Below, one piece after another: positions 1 to 12,620 of a stretch of 64,000 bases of DNA. Below the pieces are notes generated by a model. That model was given only the letters and a program-made list of their open reading frames with translations, was not told the origin of the DNA and did no database searches. Both the position numbers and the translations under genes were made by a program. Within the stretch, counting starts at the first letter, position 1; every line of letters begins with the position of its first letter. The stretch is from Octopus vulgaris (Eukaryota): positions 60,946,001-61,010,000 of the forward strand of contig OX597826.1 in the NCBI GenBank assembly GCA_951406725.2, in the 5' to 3' direction.

Positions 1-239
1 ATGTGTACTTGATGCGTTACTGTCAATGATTATGTAACATATATGTGTCTGCATAAAAGATTATATAATGCGAAGGAAATCATGACATGTTCTACGTACA
101 TATATATAGCGAAAACGTGCGCGTATATTTTGTAATAACTGCAATATATAGTTTATACATTTTCATAAACACAAGCAAATACGCACACTGATATATCGAC
201 AGACACACCTGAAAAAATTCAATTACAAGCATATAGATG

Positions 240-363
240 CACATAAATACATACACAAGCACATACATAGATACATGTACACACAAGTTCATCCATACAG
301 CCATACATGCGTAAATATATACATACACCCATATATACAAACATACATACATACATACATACA

Positions 364-395
<32 letters not shown>

Positions 396-407
396 CTCAC
401 ATACATG

Positions 408-438
<31 letters not shown>

Positions 439-1410
439 GAATTTATTCACAAATACACCCACACTTAAACACATTAAAGCATACACATATAAACACTCAT
501 ATATACGTTCATGCATATATATATACATACACACACACATACACATACATACACTTACTATATACATGCCCATACGTATATGTACACCAACACACATACA
601 TCTGCATATATGGAATCATACACATACATTCGTGCTTAAACATACATGCATACACCCATACAAACCACACTCGTACATATATACCTAGATGCATATATAA
701 CAACGTACACACACCCACACATGTACTGCCACACACTTAACTGCATACGCATAAATACACACACATGCATATATTACAGACACCACAAACACATCAATAT
801 ATACATACATACATGCACATTTATAGATTCATACATTCATGAATGCATACATACATAAGTACATACGTACATGCATACATACCATACATACATACATGCC
901 ATACATACATAGCATACATACATACATACATACATACATAGCATACATACATGCCACATACATACATACATGCTATACATACATACATACATACATACAT
1001 AGCATACATACTACATACATTCATACATACATATATACATACATGCATACATACATATATAGCATACATACATACTACATACATAGCATACATACATACA
1101 TACCATACATGCATGCCATACATACCTACATACATACATGCCATACATACATACATACATACATACATGCCATACATACATACATACATACATACATACC
1201 ATACATACATTCATACATACATACATATATACATACATACATAAAACATGCATACATACATACATACATACATATATACATACATACATAAAACATACAT
1301 ACATACCTACATACATACATAGGTGCATACATACATACATACATACATACATACATAGCATACATACATACATACCATACATACATTCATACATACATAT
1401 ATACATACAT
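240..1410. repeat. Degenerate (TACA)n/(CA)n microsatellite field
   Basis: Long imperfect CATA/TACA repeats. These explain the overlapping MYVC/HTYI 'ORFs'. Confidence 0.95.
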
Positions 1411-2003
1411 ACCCCAATAACAAAATTGAAAACCAAACAAGAAAATGATACCCGCAAGACATCTTAAAATTAGTTTCAAGTATCGATAATTTAGTTTCGA
1501 TGAAATGAACGTTAAAAAGCAAAAACAAAAAGATCAATAAAATTAATTTTGTTGACGAATACTTTGCCCTAGAATTCTTCAGTTTGCAATTTTCTGTCAT
1601 TCTACCAGAAAATTTGAATCCATTATATTTACTAAGTGATAGATAATTACTTCCTAGTTGTATCTGTTTATTTTATTTGTCGGATCGAACTGGTATTTCG
1701 TTTGCTTGCGTTTGATTAGTTTGTTTGAGAAAGAAACAATTTTTGTTAGTGCTTAGTGATATTTCTGTGTTTTGTGTCTATATATGTGCGTGTAAATGTG
1801 CCTGTATTTGTGTCTGTATGTGTGTGTGTGTGTCTGATTTTTATTGTGAGTGTGTATCCATGCGTAATTTGTTTGTGTCTATGCTGATGTGTGAAAGTAT
1901 GTTTATATATGTCGGGTTCTTTTATCTTGTCCTTTGCGTGTTTCAGGAGAATTTGATTCCACCACCTACGCGCGTACACTCAGAGACACGAACAAGTACT
2001 CCT

Positions 2004-2980
<977 letters not shown>

Positions 2981-3039
2981 GTACATACATATATGTACAT
3001 ACCTACATATATATGTATATATACATGCATATATGGGTA

Positions 3040-3618
3040 CAGGACATACAAAAAAACATTGAACACAATCAGAAACGAAAACATAAAAACAAAAAATATA
3101 GAAATCGAACATTTTTTTCGAACAACGAATCAAAAAACCAAACAGAGAAATCTTTATATATAAAAGTGAGGTTGCATGCTGTCTGTCTCCTACGATTTAG
3201 ATTCCTAACTACTTCCACATTTTGCGGTGCAGTTTAACCAAAACCGGTTATCTTATAGTCGTGATTCATATCGAGCCCTTCTGGGTATTAGCGCGAGTCT
3301 ACTACGATGAGTCTACGATTTAAAAAAAAAATTACCATCAATTTTTCCCATTTTTAATGCATTTTTGGCATATATAAGGGAAGTAACTCTCTAAAAATTT
3401 ATTATTAAATCTCAGAACGTAAAAAGCTACAGTAACACCACCCTCCCTTTGTGGTTAGCCATATTGAGATGGCTATTATACTTTACATCTCTAAAAATGC
3501 TTATATAGTTATTTCCCTTACAAACCCGAGCAACGCCGGGCGATACTGCTAGTGAGACATATAACATAAAGAATATTCCCCTTCATCAGTTGTCCCTGTT
3601 TCATCTACTCCGCGTTTC
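3040..3618 (-). mobile_element. Probable Penelope-like terminal-repeat remnant, interrupted by the Helitron at 3151-3552
   Basis: Minus strand begins GAAACGCGGAGTA, which resembles the 3' half of a hammerhead, and continues as T-rich sequence into a microsatellite. The flanks rejoin across the Helitron (..gagaaa|tgagac..). Confidence 0.4.
3151..3552 (+). mobile_element. Non-autonomous Helitron
   Basis: A|TC 5' end (TCTTTATATATAAAAGTGAG), subterminal hairpin CCCGAGCAACGCCGGG at 3525-3540, CTAG|T 3' end, insertion between A and T with no TSD. Confidence 0.85.
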
Positions 3619-3800
3619 TACATGTATATAGCTATTTTGGAATACCTGCTTATCATTCATATAAGTTGAATAACTTCAGGCGTTGGGAAACGAGTTCAAC
3701 ATGTTTATGTACTTCTCGTCTCGCAACACAAACCTCTCTCATTCCCTCACCATCTCACTATAGCCTTCATCCACCTTCCTAATCTATTACGGCCTTATTC

Positions 3801-3801
<1 letters not shown>

Positions 3802-3865
<64 letters not shown>

Positions 3866-3884
3866 GGTGGTGGTGGTGGTGGTG

Positions 3885-3915
<31 letters not shown>

Positions 3916-4049
3916 GTGGTGGTGCTGGTGCTGGTGCTGGTGCTGGTGCTGGTGGTGGTGCTGGTGGTGGTGGAGGTGTTGGTAGTGGTGGTGGTGGTGG
4001 TGGTAGCGGCGGCGGTGGTAGTAGTAGCAGCAGCAGCAGCAGGAGCAGC

Positions 4050-4097
<48 letters not shown>

Positions 4098-4175
4098 TGC
4101 AGCAGCAGCAGCAGTAGTAGTAGCAGTAGTAGAAGTAGTAGTAGTAGCAGCAGCAGAAGCAGCAGCAGCAGAAGC

Positions 4176-4232
<57 letters not shown>
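3802..4232. repeat. Compound trinucleotide microsatellite (TAG)n/(TGG)n/(CTG)n/(CAG)n
   Basis: Directly visible. It produces the homopolymeric ORFs. Confidence 0.95.
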
Positions 4233-4234
<2 letters not shown>

Positions 4235-4755
4235 GGAGCTTGCCGCTGCATCCACCATTTGTTGGTGATTCCCTTCCCTACTCCTGATGGTTGACTCGTT
4301 TGCTCTACTCTGCTCTGGCAACAAACCTCCAGCCCAGGGCTCTGCTCAGGTAGTCGTTACCGGTGAAATATTCTACGAGGCTGGAGTGCAAATCCTACCC
4401 CAGTCTCTTATAGTCACTTTTTTTATGATACGCAGAAGGAACGTTGGGTCTATTCTTTGGCATTCCGATCTGCACACACCACTTCTATAAACGGCACGTG
4501 AAATACTATGGCTCAGGGATTCCAGGAATACTGGTTAAATATCGTATCTAAAGCACTGTAGACTTAAACACAAACACGCACACATACACACACAAATATA
4601 TATGTATGTGGGTATGTTTGTGTGCGTGCATGTGTGTATATAAGTGTATACAAACATGCAAATGTAAATAAATACGTGGCATGTACATATGCGTATGTAT
4701 ATATGAACTTACATCTGTGTTCTTGTCCTCGTTTGTGCTTGCATGTGCTTGTGTG

Positions 4756-4791
<36 letters not shown>

Positions 4792-4951
4792 GTGTTGTGT
4801 TTTATTAAACTACATTGTATTTAACTGCTTCCTGTTCTCTTTAAATTTCATTCATATACATCTTTTCAATAATCTATGAAATGTATTCGTTACAATTCTT
4901 TATTTCTTCTCTCAGTTTGAGCCTCAAAATTAATGCATGTTTTGCAATAAT

Positions 4952-5395
4952 CTTATTGAAGATTTTCTACATTGCAGAAGAGAAACAATGAGCATTGAAA
5001 AATTAACTGAAGCCACCATTAATAAAATGCTGCGTGCACTGGATAACCAGTTGTATCAATACGGGCGTTCAACAGTTTCTTATGGTTTCCTAGCTACAGA
5101 TCGCCAATAAGCAAATATGCTTGTAACCAAAACGAGTTCCTTCAGCCGAAGTTTATCACAATGATTAGATAGATATGCTACGTAACGAAATGCCGATTGC
5201 TTGTGAGTGAATCAACAATGGAGATGGTCTGATATTTATTGGTGCTCCAAGAGAAACGGGCAAATAATCCTGTGGAACTTAGTGCAGTCCTATAATCAAA
5301 AAAGCTGAATTGTGCTTGCCGCAGCTTCATCCTGTAGTTCAGCGAACTAGTAAAACACGGGTGGACTGCAGATTCTTGCTTCAAATATCCCCGAT
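4952..5395 (+). pseudogene. Highly decayed Helitron RepHel (PIF1-like helicase) fragment
   Basis: Reads LIEDFLH...INKMLRALDNQLYQYGRSTVSYGF (Rep-Hel linker-like). It then gives GLIFIGAPRETGK (Walker A, cf. FIDAPGGTGKT), IVLAAASSCSSA (cf. LAVASSGIAA) and GWTADSCFKYP (cf. GRTAHSRFKIP), with stops and frameshifts. Confidence 0.65.
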
Positions 5396-5531
5396 AGATG
5401 TGTCAATCTTCATAGGCACCATGGTGATTACGCCCTTTCTAACAGTAAATTCCAAGCAAGATTTGGTTTAATTTGTTTATGCAGATGAAGGAAATCTACG
5501 AAAATGAAGAAAGGATGCTATCAACAAATAT

Positions 5532-5950
5532 TCTTATTTCTTTATTGCCCACAAGGAGCTAAACATAGAGGGGACAAACAAGGACAGACAAAGAGATTAA
5601 GTCGATTACTTCGACCCCCAGTGCGTAACTGATAATTAATTTATCGACTCCGATAGGATGAAAGGAAAATCGATCTCGGCGGAATATGATCTCAGAACGT
5701 AACGGCAGACGAAATACCTATTTCTTTACTACCCACAAGGGCTAAACATAGAGGAGACAAACAAGGACAGACAAACGGATTAAGTCGATTATATCGACCC
5801 CAGTGCGTAACTGGTACTTATTTAATCGACCCCGAAAGGTTGAAAGACAAAGTCGACCTCGGCGGAATTTGAACTCAGAAAGTAGCGGCTGACGAAATAT
5901 CGGTAAGCATTTCGTCCGGCGTGCTAACGTTTCTGCCAGCTCGCCGCCTT
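5532..5950 (-). mobile_element. SINE family B (Nin/Deu-like core), head-to-tail dimer
   Basis: Head AAGGCGGCGAGCTGGCAG...GAGTTCAAATTCC (B-box-like) and core GCCTTTCATCCTTTCGGGGTCGATAAATTAAGTACCAG. TSD TCAACAAATATTCT at 5521-5534 and 5950-5963. Confidence 0.85.
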
Positions 5951-6310
5951 CAACAAATATTCTATCATCAAATAGTCTATCAACAAAACAAACAGCAAGG
6001 TTAATCATCTAAATGATGAAATTAAGAATAATCTCCAAAAAATGTGATTATATTAAAAAGTGTAATGTAGGTGGCAGAAGAAAATCAAGTTGTTCAATTC
6101 ATTAAATATAAGCACTCTAATACCTAACAATATCAGTCAAGATAGTAAACCCGAAACTGAAACTATAGAAATAGTCTCTACAATTATACATACACGACTT
6201 ACAATTCTCATCGATACTGCCAATATACAATGAGAAAACGTTCGAATGGTTTTCAGGATTTCTCTTTAACCGATTTGGCATTCAAGTTCCGAGAGAGCCT
6301 GCTTTTGTTA

Positions 6311-7547
6311 CGAGGGGCGTTCAATAAGTAATGCCCCTGACCCACTTCCCATAGCAGTAGAGCAACGACACTTGGCACAGTTATTAGTCTTTTCCTACAT
6401 AGGAACTACCCAGAGTTATGCATTTCTCCCATCGTTTGATACAGCTCTGGAGACCGTTTTTGTAGAAGACCCCAGCTTGGTCCTCCAACCACGACGTGAC
6501 TTCAGAAATCAAGGCTGCATCATCTGGGAAACGCTTTCCTTTCAAAATCAACTTCATGGCTGGGAAGAGGTGAAAATCAGAGGGTGCAAGGGGAGGAGTT
6601 CATAGCTGCACGCCTGTGCTTCTGATCTGGCGACACGCGAGTTGTGGACCGGAGCGTTGTCCTGCAGGAGGAGGATGCCTTTGCTGATCTTGCCCCGCCT
6701 CTTGATTTTTATAGCTTCTCTTAATTTCCTCAAAAGTGAAGCATAATAGGCTCCTGTAATTGTGGTACCCTTTGACAGGAAATCTGTCATCACTACTCCG
6801 TCCTGGTCCCAGAAGACTGTGAGCATAACCTTGTCAGCGGAGGGCTGCACCCTTGCCTTCTTTGGAGGAGGTGAGTCACGGTGCTTTCACTGCATTGACT
6901 GGACTTTGGTCTATGGATCATAGTGATGGACCCAGGTTTTATCCTGTGTGATAAGTCTTTTGAAAAATTTTGACTCATCTTCTTGGCACATCTCCAAATT
7001 CATCCTCGAGCACTCAACGCGTTCTTGCTTCTGGAAAGGTGTGAGCAACCTGGAAATCCATTTGGCAGACACCTTTTGCATATGCAAATAGTCATGAATG
7101 ATAGTTTCCACAGACCCGGTACTAATCTTGACCTTATGGGCTATTTGGCGAATAGTTATGCGTTGACCTTCCAAAATGGCAGCCTCAACTTGACGGACAG
7201 TCGTCTCATCAACGGCAGAAGGGGGCGACCAGATCTGGGAGCTGTTTCCACAGAGTTCCGACTATGCTTGAATTCACAATGCCAGCGTTTTACAAGGTCA
7301 TATGATGGGGCATCATCACCATAAGTTACTTTCATTTCATCAAAAGTCTCCCGTGGTGTGCGTCCTTTCAAATACAAAAACCAGATCACTGCTCGACACT
7401 CAACAGGCTCCATTTCACACTTGACTCAGTTCAAACACCTGTAAATCAGAAACCACAATTAGTTCAGAGCTGTAATTCGCCACTTAATCTATAGAGGTAT
7501 AAATAAGTGCAAGTGGGTCAGGGGCATTACTTATTGAACGCCCCTCG
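6311..7547 (-). mobile_element. Full-length mariner DNA transposon (irritans/Himar1-like)
   Basis: Perfect 37-bp TIRs CGAGGGGCGTTCAATAAGTAATGCCCCTGACCCACTT (6311-6347 and 7511-7547), TA target duplication on both sides, and an internal transposase. Confidence 0.95.
6384..7413 (-). pseudogene. Mariner DD34D transposase, frameshifted
   Basis: Split ORFs give MEPVECRAVIWFLYLKG (HTH), WISRLL (WVPRLL), ITQDKTWVHHYDP, LLLQDNAPVH and LAPSDFHLFP. There are several frameshifts and the HPPYSPD segment is deleted. Confidence 0.92.
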
Positions 7548-7760
7548 TATGTCGGTAAATAAGAACCAAGGGCAAAGTTTAAGGAGGAGCAGATTGTATC
7601 TTCAGACTGCCGCATCCCGAAAAGAACAACATTTTGCCATCAGTAGAGTGTATAACCCAACGAACCTCAGTATTGCGGATCAGGCAGAATTTAAAATCAT
7701 AATGATTAACAGAGCTCATTGACAAGAAATATTCACGGAGAGATCATTTAAGTGAATGTA

Positions 7761-7939
7761 CCTTATTTTAATCGTATATAAGGAACCTTCGTGTATAAGG
7801 AACACCCTAAGTTTGGGGGCTAAAAATCTGGAAAAAAGGTTTTGTAAGGGATTATAATATATCCGTGTATAAGAAACTCCCATATTTTTTTAACCTAAAT
7901 TTTGTCAAAAAAGAGTTCCTTATACACGATAAAATACAG
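7761..7939. mobile_element. Tc1/mariner-superfamily (Tc2/pogo-like) MITE
   Basis: Imperfect TIRs CCTTATTTTAATCGTATATAAGGAAC and GTTCCTTATACACGATAAAATACAG, flanked by TA, with internal repeats of CGTGTATAAG. Confidence 0.75.
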
Positions 7940-7970
7940 TACATACCCATTTGATAGAACCATGTGTTAG

Positions 7971-8135
7971 AATAATTGTGCATTATGTTCTACAAACTCA
8001 CATATGAACCGCAAAAAGAAATATACTTTATATGAGATTAAGTGCGCGATTATCCCAGAGTCATATATTGGTGAAACTTCTAGGAGCATCAATGACAGGT
8101 TCAAAGAACACCTGGAAAACTACATTAAAAAAACT
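7971..8135 (+). pseudogene. Penelope-like element GIY-YIG endonuclease remnant
   Basis: NNCALCSTNSHMNRKKKYTLYEIKCAIIPESYIGETSRSINDRFKEHLENY: CxxC linker, xLY...YIGET motif and R..EH. Confidence 0.8.
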
Positions 8136-8231
8136 CCATCTTCTATCAGCATGCTATAGACTTCCACAATGGTTGCTTAGTGAGACTTTCGTTAGACATC
8201 TTATCTACACATCCCAGTAAACAGGTTGCGG

Positions 8232-8340
8232 TCTCAAAGCGACGAAAATATTTTGACAAATTAAATCTAAATGTTGAAGTTAATATAACGGTTTTTGTGT
8301 GTTTTTAAATGGCTTATAAACACCTTCCACGTTGCAATTG

Positions 8341-8342
<2 letters not shown>
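8232..8342 (+). mobile_element. Probable Penelope-like terminal-repeat fragment ending in (TA)n
   Basis: Begins GTCTCAAAGCGACGAAAATATTT, which resembles hammerhead stem II/GAAA/palindromic stem III. It lies just downstream of the GIY-YIG remnant. Confidence 0.35.
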
Positions 8343-8382
<40 letters not shown>

Positions 8383-8429
8383 AAACAAGTCAAGATAGAA
8401 AATGCTAAAATAATTTATAAAGAACATTT

Positions 8430-8467
8430 CAGTACCGGTTTCGGTCATTTTGAGACCTTTTCAACTG
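8430..8467 (-). ncRNA. Minimal type-I hammerhead ribozyme fold (U3-A8 core variant)
   Basis: Minus strand CAG-UUGAAAA-GGUC-ucaaaau-GACC-GAAAC-CG-GUA|CUG. Stem I is CAG/CUG, stem II is GGUC/GACC, stem III is the palindrome ACCGGU, and the cleavage triplet is GUA. Confidence 0.7.
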
Positions 8468-8669
8468 TAACGATTAAATAAGTAAATTTAGAAAAATTAA
8501 AAGAAAAGTTTTTTTAAAGGAGTATTTGTATAGTGTTCAAATATAAGTGGCATTTTTCTTGTTTCTGCCTTTTCTATTATTGAAAACAAGTGGATGTATT
8601 CCACTGTAACTAGGTAAATAAAATCTTCGAACAGACGGTCGGTAGCGACACCTGCTGGGTCTGACTACG

Positions 8670-8710
8670 CTGCATTGATAAAGGGCAACAACAATGAAAC
8701 ATGTCTGCAG
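8670..8710 (+). ncRNA. Type-I hammerhead ribozyme-like fold (U3-A8 variant, stem II damaged)
   Basis: CUGCA-UUGAUAA-agggcaacaacaau-GAAAC-AU-GUC|UGCAG. It has a 5-bp stem I, palindromic ACAUGU stem III and a GUC site, but stem II does not pair well. Confidence 0.55.
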
Positions 8711-8936
8711 ATATCTGACCAGCAAGGTGAAGCGGCTGACCTCCCCGGTTCGAAGGTTGTAATGGACTCAGGTTCGTGTGTCATATAGCTAGCTGGAGGC
8801 GATGGCCTCTTGGAGCTAATCAGCGACAGCTTTAGTCTTATATTTATGGACTGCCATATTAGTTTGGCGATAACTATTAATATCCAGTAACGCTGCCGTA
8901 ATCTCCTTGAGAGAGACTTACTAATTTTAATATTTC

Positions 8937-8993
<57 letters not shown>

Positions 8994-9874
8994 TATGTAT
9001 ATATTTTATATATATATATGCATGTATTATTTATATGAATGTATTCGCGCGCGTGCGTGCATGAATGTATGTGTTCGTGGGTGTTTTAATAGCATATGGG
9101 AAAGAAATGTGAATAATGATTTTTTTTTATATATCTTTATCCAATGGCCGTAATTCGCGTTTAAAGAGTAAAAACGGTTTTAGCAATGATTTGAAACTGA
9201 GCCACTAACTCTATTTTCCTTCGTAATGTTTACAAAGAAAGTAAACATGATAATTAATATTACAAATCATAGAAGTAAAATGACAATAAGATCATTAAAA
9301 TTCCTCTTTGATTTTTGTATATGCCCTCCTCCTGCCCACCCACCTGCTATACAATTGGAAAAATTTATACGATTATATAAAAACAAGTTAGCAAAGCTTT
9401 TAAGATATAACAATATTCTTATCCACCCTTAAATTTCCACGTTATAGCTCTCGAAATTTTTCATTAAAATTCTTGCTCATTAATTAAAAATATTGATTAA
9501 CAATACATGTCTTCTAATTAGACAATGCTGGCTAGACATCTTGTCTGCTCCCAGGGCTGGAATTTATAGTGTCTGCTGAAGAAAGACAGATGTAAAATGG
9601 TGTAAAATAGTTTTATGTATATTGATGCGAGTATTTTATACAATGGTGAGATATAAGTTTGATTCTTCAAGAACAAATTCTTTTCAAACGAAGAGGCATT
9701 TTCGTTAATCTTCAGTAGCAGCGTATTTACTATGGAATGTATAATATCCAATTCCACCTGTCAATGGCCTCTATTTTTCTCGCTGTATCCTATTTGTAAT
9801 TCATTTATCGATCACTGTTAATATTTATTTTTAATATGATTTTTAAGTGTATGCAGTGTGAGCATATGTGTGAT

Positions 9875-9910
<36 letters not shown>

Positions 9911-10226
9911 TAAATAGATAGATAGATAGATAGATAGATAGAAAGATAAATAGATAGATAGACAGATAGATATAGATATATATATGTGTGTGTATGAGTG
10001 TGTGTGTATGCGTGTGTGTGTAAAGCGGATAGAGTTACAAACTTACTTGGATATACACCACATGTAAACGTGTATATACATGTCTGTATGTCTAAGTGCA
10101 TATCTATATGCGCGCGTGTGTGTGTTCATTTGTGAATGTGTGTGTATATATAAATGAATGTACGTGCGTGTATGGACATGCAAATATGCATATATGATTA
10201 TATTTTTATATATGGACGCACAAACG

Positions 10227-10276
<50 letters not shown>

Positions 10277-10432
10277 AATATTGGTAAATATTAATTTTTG
10301 TTTTACTTGGAGATATATATCAAAACAATTTAGCATTAAAGCAAGAAAGAACACTCAATGAAATATTGTTTAGTAGTGTACATGTTCATTAAACATTTAC
10401 AAAAAGAGGAGGGAGAGAGACTTTCACTTATT

Positions 10433-10495
<63 letters not shown>

Positions 10496-10546
10496 GTATG
10501 TGCTTAAGTATATGAACATATATATATATATAAATATATATATATA

Positions 10547-10600
<54 letters not shown>

Positions 10601-10683
10601 ACATGTGTATCCATACAAATGTAATGTTTGCATACGTGCGTACACATGCACGCTCATTTATATATATATATAATATATAGTAA

Positions 10684-10889
10684 ATGCGCCCTTTTAAATC
10701 CTAGCCAGGCTCATGGGCCCGGTTTCCCGGTTTCAATGGCGTATGTGTTCCCCAGCTGGACGGGACGCCAATCCATCGCAGCGTTACGCGTTTTTGCCAG
10801 CTGAATGGACTGGAGCAACGTCCAGGAATCGAAACCACAATCTTACGATTATGATGCTGACACCCTATCCACTAAGCCACGCACCTCCA
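10684..10889 (-). mobile_element. tRNA-derived SINE (internally deleted)
   Basis: Minus-strand head GGTGCGTGGCTTAGTGGATAGGG...GTGGTTTCGATTCC (A and B boxes) and tail ...GGCTAGGATTTAAAAGGGCGCAT. Confidence 0.7.
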
Positions 10890-10949
10890 CACACACACAC
10901 ATGTATGTATGTATGTATGTATGTATGTATGTATGTATGTATGTATGTA

Positions 10950-11103
10950 TTACAGTTGCTATTACCGGTAAAAGTTTTAGTTGCCAGTTCTGTACAAGAC
11001 ATTGTAGATCTTTGGCTGGGCTAAAAAGTCACATTCGATCACAGCACCAGTAACAGTTAAGCTTCGTGCAATGGCTATACTCGATAACGAGGGGACAGCC
11101 ATA
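10950..11103 (+). mobile_element. Extreme 3' end of an RTE-type LINE with a terminal C2H2 finger, inserted in (TATG)n
   Basis: FSCQFCTRHCRSLAGLKSHIRSQHQ* (C-X2-C-X12-H-X4-H) followed by the stem-loop ATGGCT-ATA-CTCG-ATAA-CGAG-GGGAC-AGCCAT. Confidence 0.7.
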
Positions 11104-11866
11104 ATGTATGTATGTGAGTGCGTGTGTATGCGTGTATATGCGCCCGCGCATATATACATATGCATGTAACTGATATTTTACATGAAGCATGTCGGAAGGT
11201 AGATACGGTACTTTTTCTTTTACTAATTTTTATATTACTATAACATCTAAGTGTTTGGTATAACCGAAAGCCTATAATAACCATTAGTAAATTGTATTGA
11301 TTAGAAAACAAAAGTCATATAGAAACAACTACAAACAGGTTTGAAATTGTGGCACAAAGAGAATGGTGCATCTGAAATGATGAAACACAACATCAACCTC
11401 GGTGTAATTTGAACTCAGATCGTAATGACTCGAAAGAAATGCTGAGTACGCATTTTGTTCGACATACTTATGATTTCTTCAGTTCGAGACACCTTAGCAG
11501 TTTTTGAAAAGTAATCATAATTTCTCAGAAAAATATAAGACAATGTTTTGCGTTAACTGTATTTATTTGCATATTTTTAGGAAGATCACACATATATGTA
11601 TGTGTACGCATATATACACACACGCATACGCACTCACACACACACACGCACACACAGACGCATACGTACTCACACTCAAATACACACACACACACGTACG
11701 TACAAATAACTCCAGCAAACGTGAGAAATAGTCATATAAAAAATGAGTTCAAAAAACATATATGGCCTAAAGTAATTTGCATAATTTAAACACAAAGAAA
11801 TATGAAGAACAAAGTTAAACAAAAGTGTATTAAATGGCATAATAAACAGAGAGTCAGACAGACAGG

Positions 11867-12186
<320 letters not shown>

Positions 12187-12620
12187 GGATATACATATAT
12201 ATGGACATATGAGAGAGAGACAATATCTTGTGTGTATTGTGTGCGTGCGCGCGCGCGTGTGTGTGTGTGTGTGCGTTTTTGTGCGCGCGTGTGTGCAGCC
12301 GAATGGCTGAGTGCCATGCAAAATGCTTTGCATTTATTTACCATCTACTTCACAATTGCATTAATGTTACCTTTTAGCTTTCTAAAAATTTATAACTGAA
12401 GTACCACAGTACCATATATGCAACAGAATTTTGGTTGATTTAATTGTGATACCTTCTCGAAATTGTTTGGATCTGTTCCAAAACAGGACATAAATGTTTG
12501 TATTTATCCGCAGTTCAACACTATACGAGCAGACCTATGCGGAAGACGTTCTAGATAAAGCCGGCTCGTACTGTTAGAATTATGCATCTGTGACTACATT
12601 AGCCAATGTATCTTAACGTT

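Larger units (their letters stand above)
8380..8940. mobile_element. Composite of Penelope-like terminal-repeat remnants between two (TA)n tracts
   Basis: A unique-looking block bounded by (TA)n on both sides that carries two divergently oriented hammerhead folds. Confidence 0.5.

Noticed and set aside
3779-4324. Poly-His/Gln/Pro/Ala/Ser ORFs resembling low-complexity transcription factors
   Set aside because: They are entirely a compound trinucleotide repeat, open in several frames on both strands.
4390-4460. Possible HDV-like ribozyme or RTE 5' UTR motif on the minus strand
   Set aside because: Too degenerate. I could not assemble the nested pseudoknot pairings.
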